Positions 38,823 to 50,509 of a DNA stretch of 64,000 nt are shown piece by piece. Position numbers and translations under genes: made by a program. Source of the DNA: Macrostomum lignano (taxonomy: Eukaryota); NCBI GenBank assembly GCA_002269645.1, contig NIVC01000413.1:372001-436000 (forward strand), written 5' to 3'. Position 1 is the stretch's first letter. Every line of letters begins with the position of its first letter. The notes below the pieces were generated by a model, which ran no database searches, had not been told where the DNA came from, and saw only the letters and a program-made list of their open reading frames with translations.

Positions 38823-40326
38823 GGCGGACAGGCAGGCGGACAGGCAGACAGGCGGACAGGCAGGCAGACAGACACGGAACAAAATGGCACACACATGAAG
38901 CCGGCGCCGCTCCCCAGCCAATCGTTTGACGGCCTCCACGGCGCGGTGATCGGCCAGCTGGCGCGGACTGGCGTCGGCGCCGAAACTTTTGGCGCCAATT
39001 CGAGCAGCCTGGCGCATCAGCCGGCTGGCCTTGACGTTCCATTGGCGCTTCTCTTTCTCTGGCAGGTACTGCCACAGCTGCTGCAGCTTGCGCTTGTCCA
39101 CCTGCGAGTGTGCATTGGGGTAGGGATTTTAAGTTAGAGCGTGTACATTGGAGGTTAGGGTTTTAGAGTGAGTATACCGTACATCGGGGGGTAGGGTTTT
39201 AGAGTGAGTATACTGTACATCGAGGGGTAGGGTTTTAGAGTGAGTATACTGTACATCGAGGGGTAGGGTTTTAGAGTGAGTATACCGTACATTGGGGGGT
39301 AGGGTTTCCTGAGAGCGTATACATTAGGTAAGGGTTCTAGAGAGCGTGTGTACATTTGGGGCAGGGGTTCTAGAGAGTGAGTATACCGTACATTAGGGGT
39401 AGCGATTCTAGAGAGCGTGTGTATATTAAGGGTAGGGATTCTAGAGAGCGTGTGTGCATTGGGGGCAGGGGTTCTAGAGAGCGTGTGTACATTGGGGGCA
39501 GGGGTTCCAGAGAGCGTGTGTACATTGGGGGCAGGGGTTCTAGAAAGCGTGTGTACATTGGGGGCAGGGGTTCCAGAGAGCGTGTGTACATTATGGGTAG
39601 GGGTTCCAGAGAGCGTGTGTACATTGGGGTAGGGGTGCTAGAGAGCGTGTGTACATTGAGGGTAGGGGTGCTAGAGAGTGAGTGTACATTGGGGTAGGGT
39701 TTATAGAGAGTGAGTGTACATTGGGGGCAAAGGTTTACATAACAAATTATTTTCTGCGAATTTCTAATGAGGCACACTGGTAATTTTAGATTTTCCAGCC
39801 TCACCTGCTGCTCGTCGCCAGCTGCGGCAAAGTCCGCACCGGAAGCCGCTCCGCCGCCGCCACCAGCGCCGAAGTCGCCACCGCCGCCGCCCTCGGCCAG
39901 CCGGGCCTTCTGCACCCTCAGCCACAGCATGTGGCCGCTGAACTTTTTGAAGCCGATCAAATCGCTGGCTCGAACAACGTCGGCCTTTTTGCCGACCGAA
40001 CGTCCAGTTTGCTTCATCCGGCCGCTGCTTAGCAATTGGTTGCTAAGGTGACGCCTAGCGGCGGCGTCTTCGCCCGATGCGGACGCGGCTGCCGTCGACA
40101 TGACGTCGTCGAAGTCGGCAGCTCCCATATGAAAGTCGCTCATGTTAGACGGGTCGTCAATGGACATGGAGGCAGAGGCGGGGGCGGCCGTCGGGTGCAG
40201 TTCCGACTTCCGAGGTCGACGACGCTCCGAAGCGGCAGCAGCGGCAGCTGATGTCGACGCCGATATGGCCGACTGCAGACTGAGCAGAGTCCGGGTTAGC
40301 GGGTCGGCGGCGTCCATCGGGTTCAT
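38283..40326 (-). CDS. HMGXB4: HMG-box-containing protein 4 ortholog (about 354 aa). Exons 40326-39805, 39101-38895, 38618-38283
   Basis: HMG box (KKFSGHMLW...KLQQLWQYLPEKEKRQWNVKA) and the characteristic C-terminus LDVAAHLKLLGDSL...GSLAVVTDSLLCAL...LDNCAFFMPGL; phase-0 GT/AG junctions. Confidence 0.88.
38655..38875 (+). repeat. (GACA)n microsatellite in HMGXB4 intron 2
   Basis: Direct inspection. Confidence 0.95.
39110..39730 (+). repeat. 33-bp G-rich minisatellite (GAGAGCGTGTGTACATTGGGGGCAGGGGTTCTA) in HMGXB4 intron 1
   Basis: Direct inspection; same unit as 41768-42975. Confidence 0.92.
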
Positions 40327-40424
40327 GGCGGAGCTGCAGGGGATACCAAAGCGGTTTGAAGCAGTCAGCTTGCTTGGGAGTAGTTCTTGGAAAAAATGTC
40401 TTAACCTGTTTATTTGGCTCTAAA

Positions 40425-40725
40425 TGTCTGTGTCCTCACAAACTGTCTGTGTCCTCACAAACTGTCTGTGTCCTCACAAACTGTCTGTGTCCTCACAAAC
40501 TGTCGGTGTCCTTACAAACTGTCTGTGTCCTCACAAAATGTCTGTGTCCTCACAAACTGTCTGTGTCCTCACAAACTGTCTGTGTCCTCACAAACTGTCT
40601 GTGTCCTAACAAACTGTCTGTGTCCTCATCACAACCTGTCTGTGTCCTCACAAACTGTCTGTGTCCTCATCACAACCTGTCTGTGTCCTCACAAACTGTA
40701 TGTGTTATCACAAACTGTCTGTGTC
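40425..40725 (+). repeat. 19-bp tandem repeat (TGTCTGTGTCCTCACAAAC) just upstream of the HMGXB4 start codon
   Basis: Direct inspection. Confidence 0.93.
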
Positions 40726-41767
40726 CCGGCCAGTTTACGACACTTGCCAATCAATAAAGCCAAATCAGTTAGTTGCAGTTACAAAAAGTCGCCCTGTGAC
40801 AATAAAAAAAGAAATTTATTTGTCCAATTAGAAAAAAGACCTTTAAAACAATTTATCAAACTCAGAGTTTTATAAATAAGGCGGCAAAAAGTCACAAAAT
40901 TAGAGCATTCCACTATCCAATCCATATAATAAGTTCATAAACGCTCGCAGAGCATAATTTATCAGGTATTCTTATCTTTCTCATTATAATAAAGCGTCTA
41001 TCATAAATTCATAAATCGATTAATATTTTTGAATTATCGCGCATGATACAGACTACTTACAGTAATAAAATCAGCATATAGAAACAATAACAATTAAATA
41101 ATCCATTTAACTTACGATTGTCGGGTTTAATACAAATAAAACACAGGCAGATAGATAGATAATCATAGGTAGAGTCAGTAGCTAGAAGCCAAAATACGCA
41201 GAAGCAGAATATGAATAACAAAAATGCCACTAAGAGTAATAAAAATAATAAAATTAAACAACTTCTGTTTAAAAAAAGAGTACAAATTTACATTGCGTAA
41301 ATATTAACGCCAGTACGCATTGGCCATGGACTTTTGTAATTTTATTGCACAGCTGATTAATCGATGCAAAAGTGAGCCACTATTGCCAATAAGCAAATCT
41401 AAATACCCAGCAAATATAATGCAATATATAAAGCATAAGAGTTCGTACATAATAGTAAAACAACATAAAAGCAAATTAAAAGCGATTTGTGTATAACAAA
41501 TTTGATTAGGCATCAGTAGTAATAATAATTTATATAATTGTAGACAAAAACCGTCCGAAAGCAGAGTCGCAGGTATAATTCAGCAGAGAGAAGCATATTT
41601 GATATTAGATAGTATATAAATACTTTCCATTAGTTTAAGCCAAGTCAGTCTTTATAATCACATTTTTCTTCATGATAGTTCTTCCTAATAAAATAAAAAA
41701 TAAATTTCAATAATACGCAAAAGAATTCAACTAAATTAGGCTTGTAATTTTCTTTGATTGAGGCAGG

Positions 41768-42975
41768 CGTGTGTACATTGGGGGTAGGGGTTCTAGAGAG
41801 CGTGTGTACATTGGGGGCAGGGGTTCTAGAGAGCGTGTGTACATTGGGGCAGGGGTTCTAGAGAGCATGTGTACATTGGGGGTAGGGGTTCTAGAGAGCG
41901 TGTGTACATTGAGGGTAGGGGTTCTAGAGAGCGTGTGTACATTGGGGCAGGGGTTCTAGAGAGCGTGTGTACATTGGGGGCAGGGGTTCTAGAGAGCGTG
42001 TGTACATTGGGGGTAGGGGTTCTAGAGAGCGTGTGTACATTGGGGCAGGGGTTCTAGAAAGCGTGTGTACATTGGGGGTAGGGGTTCTAGAGAGCGTGTG
42101 TACATTGGGGGCAGGGGTTCTAGAGAGCGTGTGTACATTGGGGCAGGGGTTCTAGAGAGCGTGTGTACATTGGGGGTAGGGGTTCTAGAGAGCGTGTGTA
42201 CATTGGGGGCAGGGGTTCTAGAGAGCGTGTGTACATTGGGGCAGGGGTTCTAGAGAGCGTGTGTACATTGGGGGCAGGGGTTCTAGAGAGCGTGTGTACA
42301 TTGGGGGCAGGGGTTCTAGAGAGCGTGTGTACATTGGGGGCAGGGGTTCTAGAGAGCGTGTGTACATTGGGGGTAGGGGTTCTAGAGAGCGTGTGTACAT
42401 TGGGGCAGGGGTTCTAGAAAGCGTGTGTACATTGGGGGTAGGGGTTCTAGAGAGCGTGTGTACATTGGGGGCAGGGGTTCTAGAGAGCGTGTGTACATTG
42501 GGGCAGGGGTTCTAGAGAGCGTGTGTACATTGGGGGTAGGGGTTCTAGAGAGCGTGTGTACATTGGGGGCAGGGGTTCTAGAGAGCGTGTGTACATTGGG
42601 GGCAGGGGTTCTAGAGAGCGTGTGTACATTGGGGGCAGGGGTTCTAGAGAGCGTGTGTACATTGGGGCAGGGGTTCTAGAGAGCGTGTGTACATTGGGGG
42701 CAGGGGTTCTAGAGAGCGTGTGTACATTGGGGGCAGGGGTTCTAGAGAGCGTGTGTACATTGGGGGCAGGGGTTCTAGAGAGTGAGTATACCGTACATTA
42801 GGGGTAGCGATTCTAGAGAGCGTGCGTACATTTGGGGTCAGGGGTTCTAGAGAGCGTGTGTACGAGGTAAATTGGAGATAGGCGTTCTAGAGTGCGTGTG
42901 TACATTGGGGCTAGGCGTTCTAGAGAGCGCGTGTACATCAGGGGCAGGGTTCTAAAGAACATAAGTACATTGGGG
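41768..42975 (+). repeat. 33-bp G-rich minisatellite, second array
   Basis: Direct inspection. Confidence 0.95.
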
Positions 42976-43075
42976 GTAGGGTCCACACGGCTCTTAAGTT
43001 AGCAATCATGCTACTTTTAATCACAAAAAGCTGTCAAAAAAGCCTCAACAGCGAAGCGTCTTCAATTATAACCAA

Positions 43076-46000
43076 TTAGTCATGCAAATCCTCTCCGTTA
43101 GCCAGCATTCGTTGGACCCGATCGTCATTTCCGTGCTGGACCTGTCCGTCACTGGCGGGCTCTACACTGCCTAGCCGACTATTCTCGGTTGTCTCATTGA
43201 TTGTCAGCCGCTCTTCGTCAACCTCCTCGTCTTCATCGTCGGTGGTCACGTGACCGTTAGAGATAATCTCGGGATAGATTGGAGCCAGGAGGAGGCGCAA
43301 TTCCGGGTCGTCGCTAGCCAAATCCATCGGGGTTTCGCCGCGCTGACAAAATTTATAAAAAATTAGAGCTTAATATAGAGTTGGTTTAGTCCCCAAAAGG
43401 GCCGTTTTGCATGCAGTAGATTTGCCATTGATATTAATTAAATCAGTTTTAGTATAGCTTAGAAAGTTAGAAGCCAATAAAAATCGATGATATGAACTGT
43501 TAAAAGTTGGAATTAATTTAGTTTAAGAAACCTTCTATCTAAAGTATACTTTATTATATTACTTTCCTATATATTTCTACTATAAGTAGAGTAGCTTTTT
43601 TAAAAATTAATTTCAGTATTTTGAAATTTCTACTATAAGTAGAGTATAAAGAAACTTCTTAGCTCAAAAAAAGATGCAAAGTTTTAGATTTGGCTATCAG
43701 AATTACTTTTCAATAAATATAAACAGACGTCATTAGACAGTAGCTTAAACTAAATTACCAGAGATTCTCGCTCAGGATTGGCTCCATAGCTAATCAGCAG
43801 TTCAACGATGCTCTTCAATTCCCGATTAACGGCCCAGTGCAGCGCCGTCCAGCCTGACATATCGGCGGCGCCAACATCAGCGCCGTGGTCCAACAGACAC
43901 CTGGCCAGCGGCAGGTGTCCGTGATAAACGGCAAACATCAGCGGGGTGAAGTCGGCTTCGCCGCGAGCGCCGGACTCTGGCGGCTGGCTGCGATCGTCGA
44001 TGCCGAGGCCGGGACAGGCGCCGGGTGCCAGCAGCTGCTCGGCAATGTCCACTAGGGCGCGGGCGAAACGAGACTGATCCAACGGCGCCGATGCGGGCTG
44101 GTGCGCCTGGCGCCGGGCGCGCCGATCAGCTGCTGCAGCGGCTGCTGGCTTGCCTGGGAGAGCAGTTGGGGCATTGCGTGGCGCCTACTGAAGTAGCCTA
44201 GCAGAGGGGCGTGGCGCCCTCTGAACCTAACCAATGAAGATGGAGTGGCGTCCCTGAATCTGCTATGACGCCTCCCTTGAAGTGACGGTTGTTTGGTTTG
44301 TGAGCTGGGTAACTGTGGGGGGCTTGTTTATTTAACTTCGCTTTGTCACCTTGTTTGCAGCTTGCGATCAGTAAATCATTGTGTACTCTATGCGTACTCT
44401 ACTCTGTTCCACGTGCATTTTTGCGCTAGCCATTGCCTCGCCCCTTAAGTCGCTACCATTTTGTACTCTCTCCACTCACAGTGTCAGTGCATCAGTGAAA
44501 TCCAATATTTACAATATTTAAGCTATTTCTCTCGGTCTTCAACTCGTCAAGTACTTAGGCTATTCTACAAATATATCGCAAGCATTCACATTCGTTATTA
44601 AACAACAATCAGCTCCTGACTTTCGCGTCACGTCAATGGCGTCGCAAGCAGGCGAAATTCGGAGTCAAGAACTCAACCTCAACGATCCTGAACTCGCTGA
44701 GGCATGGATGCAGCAGCTTTCCGCCACGGCCCGCATTAAGAAACTTACGGACACGGACGAAGCGCGGGATAAGACTGACTTGTTCCTGTCCAAGGCTGGA
44801 CTACAAGCGATCCGGACGCTCTCTCTCTGATGGCCGCACCAAAAAGCTGGAGGCACTCAAATTTAGCGAAATCGAGACACTAGTAACAGCAACAATCCGG
44901 CCTGAGAAGAGGCTGGTCATCGCTGAACGCACCAGATTTCTAAGCCTCAAACAAGAGCCAGGTGAATCGATCAGCACTTACTACCGTCGGCTTCGAGCAG
45001 CGGCGGCGCTCTGCGAATTCGAGGAACTTGGGGCCAAGCAGTCCAAGGAAAACGACCTCATCGCAAATGAGGCTAATGAAGCTACAAGTAAACACATGAA
45101 GCTGGATGGCGCCTCCCTGAAGCTACCCTCCTAAAGCTGGTGTATGGCGCCTCCCTGAAGATTCACCCATGAAGCTGGCATGGCGCCTCCCTGAAGCTAC
45201 ACTCCTAAAGCTGGTGTATGGCGCCTCCCTGAAGCTACACTCCTAAAGCTGGTGTATGGCGCCTCCCTGAAGCTACACCTATGAAGCTGGTATGGCACCT
45301 CCCTGAAGCTACACTCCTAAAGCTGGTGTATGGCGCCTCCCTGAAGCTACACTCCTAAAGCTGGTGTATGGCGCCTCCCTGAAGCTACACTCCTAAAGCT
45401 GGTGTATGGCGCCTCCTCCCTGAAGCTACACTCCTAAAGCTGGTGTATGGCGCCTCCCTGAAGCTACACTCCTAAAGCTGGTGTATGGCGCCTCCTCCCT
45501 GAAGCTACACTCCTAAAGCTGGTGTATGGCACCTCCCTGAAGCTACACTCCTAGAGCTGGTGTATGGCGCCTCCTCCCTGAAGCTACACTCCTAAAGCTG
45601 GTGTATGGCGCCTCCCTGAAGCTACACTCCTAAAGCTGGTGTATGGCGCCTCCTCCCTGAAGCTACACTCCTAGAGCTGGTGTATGGCACCTCCCTGAAG
45701 CTACACTCCTAGAGCTGGTGTATGGCACCTCCCTGAAGCTACACTCCTAAAGCTGGTATGGCACCTCCCTGAAGCCACACCTAAGAAGCTGATGCAGTAT
45801 TGCGCACCCATGAAGATGGTGCAGTATGGCGCCTCCCTGAAGCCACACCCATGAAGCTGGCATGGCGCCTCCCTGAAGCCACACCTATGAAGCTGGTGTA
45901 TAGCGCCTCCCCACACCCATGAATTGAGACCCCAACTCACCATTGGCAACTGGCCAATCTGCAGCCATCAATCCGGCAGGCAGTTCCTCTTCAACACTAC

Positions 46001-46550
46001 GCAGCTGGGCAATCATAGCGGCGTACAGTGGCGACTGGTCCAGACTAGCCGTGCTCACCCGCTTGCCATTCTGACAGATCTGACTCTTCGGCGCCGCTCT
46101 GCACAGCTCGTGCAGGCAATTCCTGCCGTCGCTATTGCGCAACAGATAATCGCATTTAGGCGAGGCTAGCAGGCAGCGCACAACGCTAGGCTGGCAGAAA
46201 TAGCAGGCCATAATTAAAGCTGTCCAACCGCGCTCGTTCGCTGCGCTGGGATTAGCCCCGGCTTCTAGTAGCAGACAAACAATTTCCTCTTGGCCAGTCA
46301 TAGACGCCTGATGCAGCGCCGTATTGCCTTTGCCATCCAGGGCGTCCACTTGGCAACCGGCTTCCAGTAGCAGTCGGACAATTTCCGGCTTGCCCTGACT
46401 GGCAACGTGAATAGGGCAGGACTGGTGAGTGTGACTCATATAGTTCACATCGATACGGCCGCTGGTCAGCATCTGGCGGACTTTCCACTCGCGACCGTAG
46501 CTGCAGCTGTCCCAGAAGGCCTCCTGACGGGTGGCTGCTTGGCCCATCAC
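43076..46550 (-). CDS. Ankyrin-repeat protein (about 423 aa) with acidic C-terminal tail. Exons 46550-45941, 44153-43759, 43342-43076
   Basis: CPIHVAS, GNTALHQA, GWTALIMA, GRNCLHEL, FTPLMFA, GWTALHWA and RGETPMDLA; phase-compatible junctions (1,0). The exon 2 acceptor is inferred. Confidence 0.82.
44636..45070 (+). mobile_element. Ty3/Gypsy gag fragment (frameshifted) in intron 1 of the ankyrin gene, preceded by possible LTR-derived DNA from about 44290
   Basis: AEAWMQQL...DLFLSKAG, then in a shifted frame KRLVIAERTRFLSLKQEPGESISTYYRRLRAAAALCEFE (retrotransposon gag motif). Confidence 0.75.
45085..45915 (+). repeat. 38-bp minisatellite (CCTGAAGCTACACTCCTAAAGCTGGTGTATGGCGCCTC)
   Basis: Period 38 (e.g. 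45183 and 45221). Confidence 0.93.
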
Positions 46551-46684
46551 TTTTCAGATCTCTGATTATTGTTGACTGACAGCTGACTTGCGGCTATTGG
46601 ACACGCAGACTAGTGAAAGACTGAAAGTGCAAACAATTAAGGAGGCGATTAATTAAAGAACATAAATATACATACCAACTCATG

Positions 46685-48150
46685 GACATTGAGTGGCGCT
46701 AAAATGGACATCGTGAGGCGCAACACTGGACACATGGAGTGGCGCTAAAAAGACCCATAAAGTGGCGCTAAAAAAGACCCAGGGAGTGGCGCTAAAAAAG
46801 ACAAATGGAGTGGCGCTAAAAAAGACCCAGGGAGTGGCGCTAAAAAAGACAAATGGAGTGGCGCTAAAAAGGCCCATTGAGTGGCGCTAAAAGACTCATG
46901 GAGTGGCGCTAAAAAGGCCCATTGAATGGCGCTAAAAAGACCCATCGAGTGGCGCTAAAAAAGACCCATTGAGTGGCGCTAAAAAGACCCATAAAGTGGC
47001 GCTAAAAAAGACCCAGGGAGTGGCGCTAAAAAAGACCCATGGAGTGGCGCTAAAAAGGCCCATTGAATGGCGCTAAAAAGACCCATCGAGTGGCGCTAAA
47101 AAAGGCCCATTGAGTGGCGCTAAGACTCATGGAGTGGCGCTAAAAAGACCCATCGAGTGGCGCTAAAAAAGACCCAGGGAGTGGCGCTAAAAGGGACACA
47201 TCAAATGGCGCTAAAAAGACCCATGGAGTGGCGCTAAAAAAGGCCCATTGAGTGGCGCTAAGACTCATGGAGTGGCGCTAAAAAGACCCATCGAGTGGCG
47301 CTAAAAAAGACCCAGGGAGTGGCGCTAAAAGGGACACATCAAATGGCGCTAAAAAGACCCATGGAGTGGCGCTAAAAAAGACCCATGGAGTGGCGCTAAA
47401 AAAGGCCCATTGAGTGGCGCTAAAAGACTCATGGAGTGGCGCTAAAAAGGCCCATTGAATGGCGCTAAAAGACTCATGGAGTGGCGCTAAAAAGACCCAT
47501 CGAGTGGCGCTAAAAGACCCAAGGAGTGGCGCTAAAAGGGACACATCAAATGGCGCTAAAAAGTCCCATGGAGTGGCGCTAAAAAAGGCCCATTGAGTGG
47601 CCCTAAAAGACCCATCGAGTGGCGCTAAAAAAGGCCCATTGAGTGGCGCTAAGACTCATGGAGTGGCGCTAAAAAGACCCATCGAGTGGCGCTAAAAAAG
47701 ACCCAGGGAGTGGCGCTAAAAGGGACACATCAAATGGCGCTAAAAAGACCCATGGAGTGGCGCTAAAAAAGGCCCATTGAGTGGCGCTAAAAGACTCATG
47801 GAGTGGCGCTAAAAAGGCCCATTGAATGGCGCTAAAAGACTCATGGAGTGGCGCTAAAAAGACCCATCGAGTGGCGCTAAAAGACCCAAGGAGTGGCGCT
47901 AAAAGGGACACATCAAATGGCGCTAAAAAGTCCCATGGAGTGGCGCTAAAAAAGGCCCATTGAGTGGCCCTAAAAGACCCATGGAGTGGCGCTAAAAAGG
48001 CCCATTGAATGGCGCTAAAAGACTCATGGAGTGACGCTAAAAAACCCATGGAGTGGCGCTAAAATGGACATTTGGTGGGGCAAAAAAGAGCATTGGGTGG
48101 GCTAAAATGGACTTGGATGGGGCTAAAACGGACATTGGGTGGGGCTAAAA
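46685..48150 (+). repeat. About 21-24-bp minisatellite (GAGTGGCGCTAAAAAAGACCCAT)
   Basis: Direct inspection. Confidence 0.93.
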
Positions 48151-48904
48151 TCAAAGTTTTTTGGTTTTCACGACAAAATAGAATGACTAACAATGAGACC
48201 AACAATTGTGGCTGGAAAATACCTACTACAATATACTACTGTTCAAAATAGTTTTTTTTATAAAGAATTACAATACGAATTAAACAGGACAGTCAGGGCG
48301 GGGGTCTGTTTAAAAAAGAAAACTATGTTGAAACTGGGCGATTTTCTTAAATAACACACAGAATGTCTTTTGTGAATCATCTTAAAACAACTAATCAACT
48401 TTATATAGTATACTACTTATGCAGGGTAACGCAACAGTAGTATAAGTCTAAATCTAAAAATGATATAACAGTTTTAATGATAATTAAATGACGTTACGAA
48501 TAACTTTGTTAAGTTAGAAAATAGTTTAAAGATTAATAAATTCTAAGTATGTTAATTTAAACATAGGAAAAGTGTGTGTCGAAAACAACAGAAAATTTGC
48601 GAGATATGCAAAGCTGAATTTTTTTCTATTTTTAAAATAAAACATACGAATCTCTTAGGACAAAAAGTTGGGGAAGAAAAATGAAACTAAGCTAGATTAA
48701 AAAGGGGAAAAACCAACTATATGAATTTTGTTGATGTGCGCTATATACTACTGACGCGAACGGAGCGGTAAGCTGAACAGATACGATTTTTAACAAATTA
48801 GCTAGTTGAAGACGAGTTGTTTTAATAGGATGATGGTTTATATCCAGAAATTTTATAATCTCATTTCTATTAAAACACTTCCCAAAAATATCAACAGTAA
48901 AAAA

Positions 48905-50400
48905 CGAAAATCCCAAAACTAAGAATCCCATTCTGCCAGAAAAATCCCAAAACTAAGAATCCCATTCTGCCAGAAAAATCCCAAAACTAAGAATCCCATT
49001 CTGCCAGAAAAAATCCCAAAACTAAGAATCCCATTCTGCCAGAAAAAATCCCAAAAATAAGAATCCCATATTCTTTCTAAAAATCCCAAAACAAAGAATC
49101 TCATTTTCCCTGAAAAATCCCAAAACTACGAATCCCATATTCTATCTAAAAATCCCAAAACTAAGAATCCCATTCTGCCAGAAAAAATCGTAAAACTAAG
49201 AATCCCATTCTGCCAGAAAAAATCCCAAAACTACGAATCCCATTCTGCCAGAAAAAATCCCAAAACTAAGAATCCCATATTCTATCTAAAAATCCCAAAA
49301 CTAAGAATCCCATTCTGCCAGAAAAAATCGTAAAACCAAGAATCCCATTCTGCCAGAAAAAATCCCAAAACTACGAATCCCATTCTGCCAGAAAAAATCC
49401 CAAAACTAAGAATCCCATATTCTATCTAAAAATCCCAAAACTAAGAATCCCATTCTGCCAGAAAAAATCGTAAAACTAAGAATCCCATTCTGCCAGAAAA
49501 AATCCCAAAACTACGAATCCCATTCTGCCAGAAAAAATCCCAAAACTAAGAATCCCATATTCTATCTAAAAATCCCAAAACTAAGAATCCCATTCTGCCA
49601 GAAAAAATCGTAAAACCAAGAATCCCATTCTGCCAGAAAAAATCCCAAAACTACGAATCCCATTCTGCCAGAAAAAATCCCAAAACTAAGAATCCCATAT
49701 TCTATCTAAAAATCCCAAAACTAAGAATCCCATTCTGCCAGAAAAAATCCCAAAACTAAGAATCCCATATTCTATTAAAAAAATCCCAAAACTAAGAATC
49801 TCATTTTCCGTAAAAAATCCCAAAACTAAGAATCCCATATTCTATCTAAAAATCCCAAAACAAAGAATCTCATTTTCCCTGAAAAATCCCAAAACTACGA
49901 ATCCCATATTCTATCTAAAAATCCCAAAACAAAGAATCTCATTTTCCCTGAAAAATCCCAAAACTACGAATCCCATATTCCATCTAAAAATCCCAAAACA
50001 AAGAATCTCATTTTCCCTGAAAAATTCCAAAACTACGAATCCCATATTCTATCTAAAAATCCCAAAACAAAGAATCTCATTTTCCCTGAAAAATCCCAAA
50101 ACTACGAATCCCATATTCCATCTAAAAATCCCAAAACAAAGAATCTCATTTTCCCTGAAAAATTCCAAAACTACGAATCCCATATTCTATCTAAAAATCC
50201 CAAAACAAAGAATCTCATTTTCCCTGAAAAATCCCAAAACTACGAATCCCATATTCTATCTAAAAATCCCAAAACAAAGAATCTCATTTTCCCTGAAAAA
50301 TCCCAAAACTACGAATCCCATATTCTATCTAAAAATCCCAAAACTAAGAATCTCATTCTCCCAGAAAAATACCAAAACTAACAATCCCCATTTTCTCAAA
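48905..50400 (+). repeat. About 33-35-bp minisatellite (AAAATCCCAAAACTAAGAATCCCATTCTGCCAGA) with variant zones
   Basis: Direct inspection. Confidence 0.93.
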
Positions 50401-50509
50401 AAATCCTAGGTCTCACAAAACAAGTTTCCAGTAAGCAAAAGTTCAGTTCAACAACTTCCCTCAAAAAAGGTTTGATTCAATCTTACGCGCACAGAACACT
50501 GCTCAATAA

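Noticed and set aside
39145-39310. Telomere-like GGTTAGGG / GGGTTTTAG strings
   Set aside because: They are part of the 33-bp satellite variant, not (TTAGGG)n.
18830-40326. Functional link between HMGXB4 (a known Sleeping Beauty transposase cofactor) and the nearby Tc1/IS630-type element
   Set aside because: They are about 18 kb apart in a TE-dense region; proximity alone gives no evidence.
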